NCBI GenBank assembly: GCA_964016885.1
Contig: OZ024746.1
Coordinates: 60,264,001 to 60,328,000 of the forward strand
Reading direction: 5' to 3'
Source: Eledone cirrhosa
Lineage: Eukaryota
DNA length: 64,000 nucleotides
The notes beneath the pieces are model-generated. The model searched no databases, had not been told where the DNA came from, and was given only the letters and a program-made list of their open reading frames with translations. Shown piece after piece: positions 1 to 17,340 of the stretch. A program made the position numbers and the translations under genes. How positions within the stretch are numbered: the stretch's first letter is position 1; the number at the start of each line of letters is the position of its first letter.

Positions 1-1640
1 GCCCAAGCCTTGGGTGTATCTTGAAGGCGATGCCAACATCATTTGGGCAGTGATGATGGAACATTTTCCACATCATGCAGATAATATAACGCTCACGGCG
101 ACGTTGGAGTGAGTAAAGTTTCAGGTTTTCCAATCGACCCCAGTAGTCAAGGTCTGACATGCCATCTATCTTTTTCGTGATTGCCCTTTGAGGAGCTTCA
201 AGTTTCATGATACTTTGTTTCGTGTGGGGAGACCACAGTGGACAACAGTATTCAAGGTGTGGTCGGGCGAAAGTAGAGAAGAGAAGGATAATGGTGCGGG
301 AATCTCTCGACTGGAAGGTTCTGAGGATCCAGGAACACATTCTGCGGGCCATGTCAACTTTGCTGCTTATATGCGTGGTCCAGCTTATGTTGCTGTCCAC
401 GGTTACTCCCAAGTCTCTGATGTTGTTAGATGCCACGAGAGTTTCCCCGGAGGGAAGGGAGTACGGGAGTTTCAGAGCATCCTCTTTTCCAAAGTGGATC
501 AGTTCGAATTTGTCTTCGTTCAGTAACATGTTGTTCTTTTCTGCCCATTGGGTAACAGCCAGTAGGTCTGACTGAAGGCTTATCCGGTCATCCACGCCAT
601 TGATGACCTTTTGGAGCTTGGAATCATCAGCGAAAATTTTAATGTTGCTGTGTTTGATGATGTCAGTGATGTCATTAATATAGATGATGAAGAGAAGTGG
701 GCCCAACACAGTGCCTTGTGGGACTCCACTACTGACTTTGGCTGGGCTTGATTTGACTCCCTCAACTACAACATGTTGGGTTCTGTTTGACAGGAAGCTC
801 TTGATCCACTGCAGCAGCTTTCCAGTGACACCAATATTGGACAGCTTTCTCAGTAGAATGTTATGATCAACCCTGTCAAAGGCCTTGCTGAAATCAAGGT
901 AGATAACATCAGTGTTGGAACCCTCTCCCAAGGCTCTCAAAATGTCATCAAAGTGATGCAGTAGTTGCGTCAGGCAATCCCTTCCATTACGGAATCCATG
1001 CTGGTTGGAGTTCAGCATATTGTTACTCTCAAGGAAGTGGGTCATTCGCGATCTCACCACTCGCTCAAATACCTTAATGATATGAGAGGTGAGTGAGATT
1101 GGACGGTAATTCACGGCAAGGGATTTGTTTCCCTTTTTGAAAACTGGGACAACAGACTGGGATAGAAGGTTTTCTGGCACATATCCAGCATCCAGTGAGT
1201 TCCGCCACAGATTGGCAAGAGGAGAAGCAAGTTGGTGTTGACACGCCTTCAAGACACAAGCAGGGAACCTATCGGGACCTACTGCTGAATTATGCTTGAT
1301 TTCCTTTATTGCCGCCAAGACATCAGGGGCGCCAAACGTTATGTCCGATAAGGTGTAATGGGGAGTAACATCGCCGATACAGCCCAGATCGGCCATATCA
1401 GGATTGCTGAAAACAGAGCAGTATTGTTTCTGCAGTATCTCACCCATGGTTTTAGCATTGTCTTGAAGAGTGCCATTTTCATCAATTAGAGGGCCAACAG
1501 TAGAGCCAGTGATTTTGTGTTTTTTTGCAAATGAAAAGAACACTTTGGGATTGAGTTTGATCTTCTCAATGGCCCAGGCCTCTTCAGCTCTTCTCTGATT
1601 GTTGATGAGGGACATTATGTTGTTTTGGAGGTTATGTTTT
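1..1640 (-). CDS. LINE ORF2 3' part: reverse transcriptase, open to window edge
   Basis: Manual translation has no stop from ~1640 to 1. It joins the APE part by a 1-nt shift at the A5 run (~1637-1641). It is absent from the ORF track because no stop falls inside the window. Confidence 0.9.
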
Positions 1641-2766
1641 TAATCTCTAGTGATGAAATGGCAGTCAAGTTGATGTGTTGCTGCTGACAGTATTTCAGCT
1701 TGTTGATTTTTTTGTTCGTTCTCTTAATTTTTCTGATGAGTGTTTTTCTATTTCTAGGGATTCTGCTCTTAGATTTGTTTATAGTTCTTAATGGGGTGTG
1801 TTTAGCACATATGTTTGTAACAGTGTCCACAAATGTCTGCCAGGACTTTTTGATGTTAGTGGGTGTATGAGTGTGCGTGAAGGACCAGTCGACATGTGCA
1901 AGATCATGACTGATCGCTTCCCAGTTTGCATTGTGGAAATCCATAGCGTCAAACGGATGGACAGGAGAAATGACATTGGGTTTGTATATTGGACGGTGGA
2001 ATCTCAGATCACAGAGAACCATGTCATGATCAGAGAGTAGAGTTTTCTCCACTGCAATATTGTGGATATTGTCAGTGTGATTGCTGAAAATTAAGTCTAG
2101 GACGTTTTTGTGGCACCTCGTTGGTTCGAGCACTAGTTGGGATAGGAAGAAATCATCCATGAAGTCAAGAAGCGATTCCACAGCTTCCCTGTCAGAGGTT
2201 GAGGCAGAAGAACCTGGTGGCAGGGTGTTTGTGGACCAGTCAACTCCGGGGAGGTTGAAGTCCCCCATCATTAAGATGTTGTCAGGGTGACACTCTTGGA
2301 TGAAACACTTTATGCTGTTGAGGCATTCCTTGAAGCATGGTACAGGCGTTTGGGGTGGCCTATAGAGCCCAACTACTAATAGGTTGTTGGTTTGACTGAA
2401 TACAGTGACTGCCTCACAGTATCCATTAGTGAATATGTTCATAGCCTCTGTTGAGAAAGAATTATGGACATAAATGGCAGTTCCGCCCTTTCTTCTGCCA
2501 GCGCGATCAGCACGGATGGCTTTGAAATTTTTCACTTTCACCTCGGCTTCCAAGTGGAGGTTACTGAGATGGGTTTCAGTGAGGACGAAGAAAGGGATGT
2601 GGTTTGGATGGACATCAATCCAGTCCTCCAGGAATTTGATCTTCCATTTTTGAGTATTGGTGGAAGGGCTGATGCCTTGGGCGTTAAGCAAAAATGTAGA
2701 GGCGAGAGTGGATGGTTTTAATTGTTTTGGTGTGTTGTTAATTTGTTTGTTTGTTAATGGCAGCAA
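1615..2766 (-). CDS. LINE ORF2 5' part: apurinic-like endonuclease and linker
   Basis: APE motifs LLNAQG, LTETHL, DR..RKGGTAIYV, YRPP, GDFN, LDLIFSN, SDH. No AUG before motif I. Confidence 0.9.
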   Translation of the reverse strand: MLPLTNKQINNTPKQLKPSTLASTFLLNAQGISPSTNTQKWKIKFLEDWIDVHPNHIPFFVLTETHLSNLHLEAEVKVKNFKAIRADRAGRRKGGTAIYVHNSFSTEAMNIFTNGYCEAVTVFSQTNNLLVVGLYRPPQTPVPCFKECLNSIKCFIQECHPDNILMMGDFNLPGVDWSTNTLPPGSSASTSDREAVESLLDFMDDFFLSQLVLEPTRCHKNVLDLIFSNHTDNIHNIAVEKTLLSDHDMVLCDLRFHRPIYKPNVISPVHPFDAMDFHNANWEAISHDLAHVDWSFTHTHTPTNIKKSWQTFVDTVTNICAKHTPLRTINKSKSRIPRNRKTLIRKIKRTNKKINKLKYCQQQHINLTAISSLEIKNITSKTT

Positions 2767-3546
2767 TGGGAGTTTGTGCAGTGGGGTGATAGTGGAGGGT
2801 GGTGCTGGGTGATAGCTCGAATGTTTTTTTCCAGTTCTTTTGCCAGATTCATTATGGCTAAAAAAGAGGAAGAAGTTTCCTGTTTAGAAGACTGTTGGTG
2901 ACTGTGGTAGTGGTTATTTTTATGTAGGTTATGGTTTTTGTTTTTGCTTTTATTTTTAATTTTATTTTCATTTATCCGACGGGTCCCCGGGAGATGGGTA
3001 AAGGGACAATCCCGGTCTAAACACAATCTGTCTCGCAGGGAAAAACGGCAGATTTGTGGATTCCTTGTTTGAGTTATTGGTGGTTGTGTTGGTGTTAAAT
3101 TAGAGTATGTATTATGGTGGTGGCTGTTTGTGGGGATAGATCGTTTTGTCCTAGGTAAATGGGTGAATTTGCAGCCACTATCCGTACATATTCTATAGCG
3201 TAGAGAGTAGCGGCAAATGATGGGGTTTCGAGTGGGTGGGTATGTGGGTGTGGGTGTTGTGAGAGGTGTAGATGATGGTTTGGGTAGGATTTGACGACCT
3301 TTGTGGACTGTGGGAGGGAGAGTTCTTGTTCTGGTATTAGAAGGTAAATTCCTTGACATAGCAGTAGACAAAAATGTTGTAGTAGTAGTAGTAGTAGTAG
3401 GCAGAGATGTTGGCAGTGGTGATGATTGGACTGCTGGGCCAGAGAAAGGATGTGGCGTTTCATGCTGTGAGACAGAGGCTACTGGGGGGTCAATAGTTTC
3501 ATTTAGTAGATCGGCCATTGTTGATGAATCAAGGAGTGGTTCACAC

Positions 3547-3577
<31 letters not shown>

Positions 3578-3908
3578 GCTGTTGTTGTTGTTGTAGCTGT
3601 TGTTGTTGTTGTTGCTGTTGTAGCTGCTGTTGTTGTTGTTGCTGCTGCTGGACAGCATTCGAAGAGAAAACACACCGTAGTTTATCCAAATGTTTATTGA
3701 TTAATTTAAAAGCAATTTCGATTTGCTTTAATTTATTTTGAATCTGTTGTTCAGATCGAGTTTTCAAAAATTGAACTGTACGTTTAGCAATGTCGTTCAG
3801 AGATGAAGCATCTATATTTTCTGTTTGGGAAAGGCAATGCCATGTGTTTATTAGAATGTCGATTTCATTATCAGACCAGTTCTGTTTGGATTTTTGCTGG
3901 TTAGCCAT
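2754..3908 (-). CDS. LINE ORF1 (384 aa): Myb/SANT-like N-terminus, polyQ, P/T-rich linker, two CCCH zinc fingers
   Basis: ATG-initiated ORF directly upstream of APE. Motifs WSDNEIDILINTW...RSEQQIQNKL and two C-x8-C-x4-C-x3-H. Confidence 0.8.
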
Positions 3909-3919
3909 TCTAGTTTTGA

Positions 3920-4399
3920 GTGTGTGTGTGTTTTAGTTAAGTATTTCAATATATATATATATATTTTTTTTTAAATTTATTTTTGATTTATTTTTGTTTT
4001 TTGTTTTTCTTGTGTGTGAGTGAGAAGCGTATATATATAAATATGAGTATATATATATATATATATGTATATTCTGGTTATTTGAAATTAATTAAGTTAA
4101 TGAAAAGACGAAAGTATATAATAATAATTTGTAGTTAAAGGAAAATGTACTCACAAGTTCGTGTGTGTGTGTTTTAGTTAAGTATTTCAATATATATATA
4201 TTTTTTTTAAATTTATTTTTGATTTATTTTTGTTTTTTGTTTTTCTTGTGTGTGAGTGAGAAGCGTATATATATAAATATGAGTATATATATATATATAT
4301 ATATGTATATTCTGGTTATTTGAAATTAATTAAGTTAATGAAAAGACGAAAGTATATAATAATAATTTGTAGTTAAAGGAAAATGTACTCACAAGTTCG
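3920..4399. repeat. Two ~238-bp tandem monomers in the LINE 5' UTR
   Basis: gtgtgtgtgttttagttaagtatttc...tcacaagttcg occurs twice, nearly identical. Confidence 0.9.
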
Positions 4400-4410
4400 A
4401 AAACACGTGG

Positions 4411-4512
4411 TTTCAAATATATAATAATATAGATGTATGAAAAATGTATTAACCGGTCAATTTTCAAATATATAATAATATAGATGTATGAAAATGTATT
4501 AACCGGTCAATT
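4411..4512. repeat. ~51-bp direct tandem duplication
   Basis: ttcaaatatataataatatagatgtatgaaaa(a)tgtattaaccggtcaatt occurs twice. Confidence 0.9.
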
Positions 4513-10727
<6,215 letters not shown>

Positions 10728-11129
10728 AGACTTCTGCTATACCATTTACGTGGTTTTGTCTTTGCGTGCTATTGTTCACCACGCTCCACATACGACTTAT
10801 TATCTTCGTTTTTTCGTTCATTGCCAGAAAACGTCTCTATGCACCACCTAAGAGAACATTAGTCTACGACCTCTTTTATACCATAAACGTGGTTCTGTCT
10901 TTGCGTGCAATTGTTTTTCACCGCTCCTTTTAATGACGTATTATTCGTTTTTTCCCGTTCTTTGCCAGCGAACGTCACCATGAACCAAAGTATCGTCTTC
11001 CTGTCTTCCTCCGGTTGCAACGTTTTTTGAAATATCCAGTTCTGCGTTTACAGATTGACTTTGTTAGTTTCAGAAGATCCCGTTAAGGGTGAAAGCAGCG
11101 ATTCTTTGCTTAAACTTTAATCTGTTATT

Positions 11130-11225
11130 TTAATAAATATACATATGTATATATATATATATATATATATACATATGTATATGTATATATATATATACAT
11201 ATGTATATATGTGTATGTGTATATA

Positions 11226-11257
<32 letters not shown>

Positions 11258-11473
11258 CATACGTATATGTATATATGTGTATGTATATATATATATCTAG
11301 ATATATATATGTAAATATATATATGTGTATGTATATATATACATATCTATATATATATATGTAAATATATATATGTTTATGTATATATATATATCTATAT
11401 ATATATATGTAAATATATATATGTATATATATATATGTATATATGTATATATATATGTATATATATATATGTA

Positions 11474-11518
<45 letters not shown>

Positions 11519-11695
11519 ATGTATATATATGTATATATATATGTATATATGTATATGTATATATATGTATATATATATGTATATATATATGTATATATAT
11601 ATGTATATATATATGTATATATGTATGTATATATGTATATATATATGTATATATATATGTATATATGTATATGTATATATATGTATATATATATG

Positions 11696-11726
<31 letters not shown>

Positions 11727-12034
11727 GTATATATACATATATATATATATGTATATATGTAGGAGGTGAGTTTTATTGTAGTACAATAAAGCAATGCAGA
11801 TATCGGATAAGAAGCACTCTACAGTTTGATCTATGTTGATTTAAAACTGCACTATCAACAAGTGTTTTTTTAGCCTTCATATCATGTTCTCCTGTTTTAT
11901 CTGATGAAAACACAAATATTATTGTTTGATGATGTTTGTTTTTGAAATGCGCATAATAAAATATATTGAACTCCTTTAACCATCTTTTGATCTTATATTA
12001 TATATGTATATATATATATATGTATATATATATG

Positions 12035-12065
<31 letters not shown>

Positions 12066-12110
12066 GTATATATATGTATATATATATGTATATATACATA
12101 TATATATATG

Positions 12111-12173
<63 letters not shown>

Positions 12174-12920
12174 GTATATATATATATGTATATATATATG
12201 TATATATATGTATATATATATATATGTATATATATATATGTATATATATGTATATATATATATATGTATATATGTATATATATATGTATATATATGTATA
12301 TATATATATATGTATATATATATATGTATATATATATATATGTATATATGTATATATATATATATTTAAAAGCTAAAGTCATTAATGACTTTAGCTTTTA
12401 AAGAATCTCCCTTTTCTTTAATTCTATCGAGCATGACTGACCCCCCACTGATTTTATAGACATCTGTTAGCTTAAGAGAAACTTATTGACAAGGAATGGT
12501 ATGCCATCCGGAACCTGTTTATAGAATTCTGTCTGCCTTTGTTACTCTAAAAACATAAATAAATATAAATAAAAATAAAAATTAACTATAGCTTTGTAGA
12601 ATTAGCTTTTAATGAATTCCCTTTTCTATCAACCAATGACCTGCACCCATCCCACTCCCCACCCTCTCCTACCACTTGTAGAGACCTATAAATACCATAT
12701 TTATTTTTTGATACCCAGATTCCTGATGATTTCTAATGAATGAAACAGTTCTAGTCCTGTAGAATCTCATCTATATTAAAACTGTTATACTCTGCTATGT
12801 ATTGAGTACCTTACTTACTGTGGTTACCTCCGATTCAACCCGGAATAACGTACTATATATATACATATATATATACATATATACATATACATATATATAT
12901 TTACATATATATATATAGAG

Positions 12921-12967
<47 letters not shown>

Positions 12968-13002
12968 CATATACATATATATATTTACATATATATATAG
13001 AG

Positions 13003-13054
<52 letters not shown>

Positions 13055-13335
13055 ATTTACATATATATATAGAGATATATATATATATATATACATATAC
13101 ATATGTATATATACATATACATATATATATAGAGATATATATATATACATATACATATGTATATATACATATATATATACATATACATATGTATATATAC
13201 ATATATATATACATATACATATGTATATATACATATATATATACATATATATATAGAGATATATATATATATATATATACATATATCTATTTACATACAC
13301 ATATATATATTTACATATATATATGTATATATATA
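11130..13335. repeat. Three (TA)n-type microsatellite blocks (11130-11760, 11995-12365, 12855-13335)
   Basis: Direct inspection. Confidence 0.95.
12717..12767 (+). ncRNA. Type I hammerhead ribozyme, probably in a Penelope-like terminal repeat remnant
   Basis: AGATTC-CTGATGA-T TTC TAAT GAA T-GAAA-CAG ttctagtc CTG-TA-GAATCT. Stem I is 6 bp, the core is intact, the triplet is GUA, and stem II closes with a U-U mismatch. Confidence 0.65.
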
Positions 13336-13529
13336 GTATTAAAGATACTAGTTATGGTTATGTATGTAATAAAACCTTTTATGGTTATATATTTTTTATA
13401 CAAACCCTAAATAGTGAAAGATAGTCATTAATTACTATCCTATTACCAGTAATATAAATAGCTCAATGTAATAACATCGGTTGTTTTACAGAGCAGTTAT
13501 ATAGAGATTACAATAATCAAAGTTCAGTT

Positions 13530-13796
13530 TAAATCATTGATTTGCTTACAATTGTTTCCTCCAAACCGAGGTTTGGATTCTTCGGAGCAACTATTAAGTG
13601 ATCTATAACATACTTGACCTCCTTTTCAACACAAGAGACATATGAAAACATATGCACATATTGCATGTGTGCATATGTTTTCATATGTCTCTTGTGTTGA
13701 AAAGGAGGTCAAGTATGTTATAGGTCACTTAATAGTTGCTCCGAAGAATCCAAACCTCGGTTTGGAGGAAACAATTGTAAGCAAATCAATGATTTA
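13530..13796. repeat. 267-bp near-perfect palindrome (foldback element)
   Basis: Arms ~132 bp, 3-nt loop, two T/G mismatches seen, TA at both ends. Confidence 0.92.
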
Positions 13797-14450
13797 CACC
13801 TATCTAGGGCATCTCCTTTACCTTTGTAACAGTTAATTATGATGCTGCTATGCCAGTCCTTCGGAACAACCCCATTCTGTATGACTTGGTTTACTATCCG
13901 GGTGACCATGGTGTGTCCCACCGTTCCAGAGGCTTTCAGCATCTCAGCAACTATTTCCGAAGGCCCAGCCGCCTTACCCGTCTTCATATCTTTGATTGCC
14001 TTACTTATTATACTACCTTCGACTAACACTGCTGGTCCCTCTATTGGGTCGATGTGGGAGAGACTGTCTTTCTCCCATTTGTTCTCATTTAGAAGCCTTT
14101 CGTAGTGACACTTCCAAGCTACCTTCTTATCAGCGTCAGTGATGGCAAGTACAGAAGTCATCATTAAGTACACACTTCTCCCCGACAATATCACGGTTTT
14201 CCTTGACACATTGCCTAGCAATCCTGAACACCTCACGTTTTTGGTCCTCACGTTGTAGAACATGCTTGAACTTTCTTTCCTCTGCTTCCCTTCTGGCGAA
14301 GTACACTTGTCTCCTAGCTTCCCTCCTGGCCACTTGATAGTCTTCTCTACTTCCCCCATCCCGCCATACTTTCCAAGCCTGCTTTTTGGCCTTAATTGAC
14401 TCCTCCACCTTACTGTTCCACGACCATGTTACTCTCCTCCTACCTACAGG
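13797..14450 (-). mobile_element. RTE LINE fragment (linker and start of RT), inverted relative to the adjacent fragment
   Basis: AWK.HYERLLN, MKTGKAAGPSEI, IINCYKGKGDALDR. Confidence 0.85.
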
Positions 14451-14464
14451 CCTATATATATACA

Positions 14465-16147
14465 GAAAAAGTAATAGCGCAACTAATCAGAAAGCAAATT
14501 GATCTAGATGAAATGCAGTTTGGGTTTGTGTCAGGTAAAAGTACCACAGACGCTCTTTTCATTGTATGACAACTACAGGAGAAGTACCTAGCTAAAAAAG
14601 TAAATCCATATACTTAGCTTTTGTCGACTTGTAGAAAGCCTTTGACAGAGTCCCCCTTTCCATTATCTGGTGGCCTCTTAGAAAACTAGGTGTTGATGAA
14701 TGGCTTGTGAGAGCTATACAAGCCATGTATAAAGAAACAGTCAGCAAGGTCAGAATTAACAACGAATATAGGGAAGAGTTTAGCGTAAAAGTTGGTGTTC
14801 ATCAGGGCTCCGTTCTTAGCCCCCTTCCATTTTATTATTGCCCTTCAGGCTATAAAAGTGGAGTTCAAGACTAGCTGCCCATGGAACTCCTATACGCAGA
14901 TGATCTAATGCTCATAGCTGAATCAATGGCTGAACTAGAGAAGAAATTCCAAACATAGAAGCATGGCCTAGAATCAAAAGGCCTTAAAATTAACCTGTCT
15001 AAGAATAAAGTTGTAGTTTGTAGGAAGGAAAATAGGGCACCGGTCCCATCTGGGAAATGGCCATGCTCAGTGTGTAGGAAAGGAGTAAGCAGAAACTCCA
15101 TTTTATGTCCCAAATGCAAAGTATGGGTGCATAAAAGCTGTAGTGGGATCACAGGTAAGCTAAGTAAGAATATAGATTTTATATGTTGCCGGTGCTCTGG
15201 TGCAATAAGTAGCAGCAAGTGACCACAAAATACTAGCTCATTCAATTGCACAGATGGTTCTATAGAAATAGTGGACACCTTCCGTTACCTGGGTGACAAA
15301 ATCAGCAGTGGTGAAGGGTGCTCTGAAAGTACAGTAGCTAGAGTCAGAACGGGATGGACGAAGTTCAGAGAGCTTATACCACTATTGGTCATTAAAGAGT
15401 TCTCTCTAAAAATGGAATGCAGGTTGTATGATGCTTGCATACGAACAGCAATGTTACATGGCAGTGAGACCTGGGCATTGTGTGCAGAGGATATACGCAG
15501 ACTGGAGAGGAACGAAACTTGCATGCTCCGCTGGATGTGTAATAGTAATATACGTGAACGGCAAAGCATAAACGAACTAAGGGAGAAATTAGGAATAAGA
15601 GGTATCAGATGTTGTTTACTCGAGACGGTAGCCACGGAGTAGGCAGACCCAGAAAAACCTGGGACGACTTGATAAATTCTGACCTCACACACTTACACCT
15701 CTCCAAGACAATGTCACTGGACCGAGATCTTTGGCGCTACACAGTAATACAGAAGACCCGCCTTGCCTAAGTACAAAGCGAAACCTACAGTCAGTAGGCA
15801 CCTCTAACAAAAATACACCCCCCGTCCCACTACCCCCACCCCATCCACACCACCCCTTTCAATGTAAAGTTATGTTGGTACCACAACATCCAGTCCAAAA
15901 CAAATGAGGTCGTGTAGGTGTCACGACAAAAAACACACAGTTCACGCTGTAATGTGGCTGTGTAGGTAACACGGTAAAAACCTCCCAGTCCACACTGTAA
16001 ACGTGGTTGGTGGTAGGAAGGGCATCCAGCCGTAGAAAACCCGCCAGACAGTCCTATACGAGCAAGACAACAAATCTTGCCTCAAGTGGGAAAACTCCCG
16101 TCCAAACCCATGCAAGCGTGGAAGATGGACGTTAAATGATGATGATG

Positions 16148-16149
<2 letters not shown>
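14465..16149 (+). mobile_element. Degenerate RTE LINE RT, 3' UTR and (GAT)n tail
   Basis: EMQFGF, AFVDL*KAFDRV, VGVHQGSVLSP, YADDL, FRYLG, HGSETW, GRPRKTW. Contains stops. Tail at ~16137-16149. Confidence 0.88.
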
Positions 16150-16205
<56 letters not shown>

Positions 16206-16434
16206 TATATATATACATATACACACACACAATGCATAATGGAATCCTACATGCATCCTCCCAAAATAAACATAATGATCAGGTAGTCACGACTTGAATG
16301 CCTTTCATCATAGGTCTAAGCTTTGAGAAACATGATCATGCGCGCATGTGTGTGTGTCTATATATATAGATATTATTAGAAAGTGTTTTTTTTACAAAAG
16401 GAAAATTAACCGAGGTGTCCTACACGAGTGAAAG

Positions 16435-16626
16435 TATAAAGAAAAAAAGATGAAATCGAAAATGCAACTGGAGTCTTATTAAAAAAAATATATATATTTA
16501 TTTGGTTCCTTTACCTACTTTTGAAAAGCAGAACTGCGAAACCAGTAAAGGAACCAAATAAATATAGATATTTTTTTTTAAATAAGACTCCAGTTGCATT
16601 TTCGATTACATCTTTTTTTCTTTATA
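16435..16626. repeat. Inverted repeat with ~80-bp arms and ~30-bp loop
   Basis: tataaagaaaaaaagatg...ttcctttac pairs with gtaaaggaa...catctttttttctttata. Confidence 0.88.
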
Positions 16627-17156
16627 TATATATATATATGAGAGTGAGAGAATATATATATATATATATATGTGAGAGAATATATATATATGTGAGAGAA
16701 TATATATATATATGTGAGAGAATATATATATATATGAGAGTGAGAGAATATATATATATATATATGTGAGAGAATATATATATATGTGAGAGAATATATA
16801 TATATATGTGAGAGAATATATATATATATATATGTGAGAGAATATATATATATATATATGTGAGAGAATATATATATATATATATGTGAGAGAATATATA
16901 TATATATATGTGAGAGAATATATATATATATGTGAGAGAATATATATATATATGTGAGAGAATATATATATATATGTGAGAGAATATATATATATATATA
17001 TGTAAGAGAATATATATATATATGTGAGAGAATATATATATATATGTGAGAGAATATATATATATATGAGAGTGAGAGAATATATATATATATGAGAGTG
17101 AGAGAATATATATATATATGAGAGTGAGAGAATATATATATATATGAGAGTGAGAG

Positions 17157-17188
<32 letters not shown>

Positions 17189-17194
17189 TGAGAG

Positions 17195-17226
<32 letters not shown>

Positions 17227-17232
17227 TGAGAG

Positions 17233-17264
<32 letters not shown>

Positions 17265-17270
17265 TGAGAG

Positions 17271-17302
<32 letters not shown>

Positions 17303-17340
17303 TGAGAGTATATATATATATATATATGAGAATGAGAGAA
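16627..17340. repeat. Compound (TA)n-GTGAGAG minisatellite
   Basis: Repeated tatatgtgagagaa and tatatgagagtgagag units. Confidence 0.95.

Larger units (their letters stand above)
1..4400 (-). mobile_element. CR1-clade non-LTR retrotransposon, near full length (3' end runs off window)
   Basis: ORF1 (3908-2754), then APE endonuclease, then RT with CR1-type motifs (NPKVFFSF, NYRPISLTS, QHGFR, YLDFSKAFDRV, SGVPQGTVLGP, FADD, RDLGV, LEYCCPLWSP, LYSLQRRRERY). Repetitive 5' UTR. Confidence 0.92.

Noticed and set aside
3301-3741. PolyC and polyV ORFs on +
   Set aside because: Antisense readings of the ORF1 polyQ and polyT tracts.
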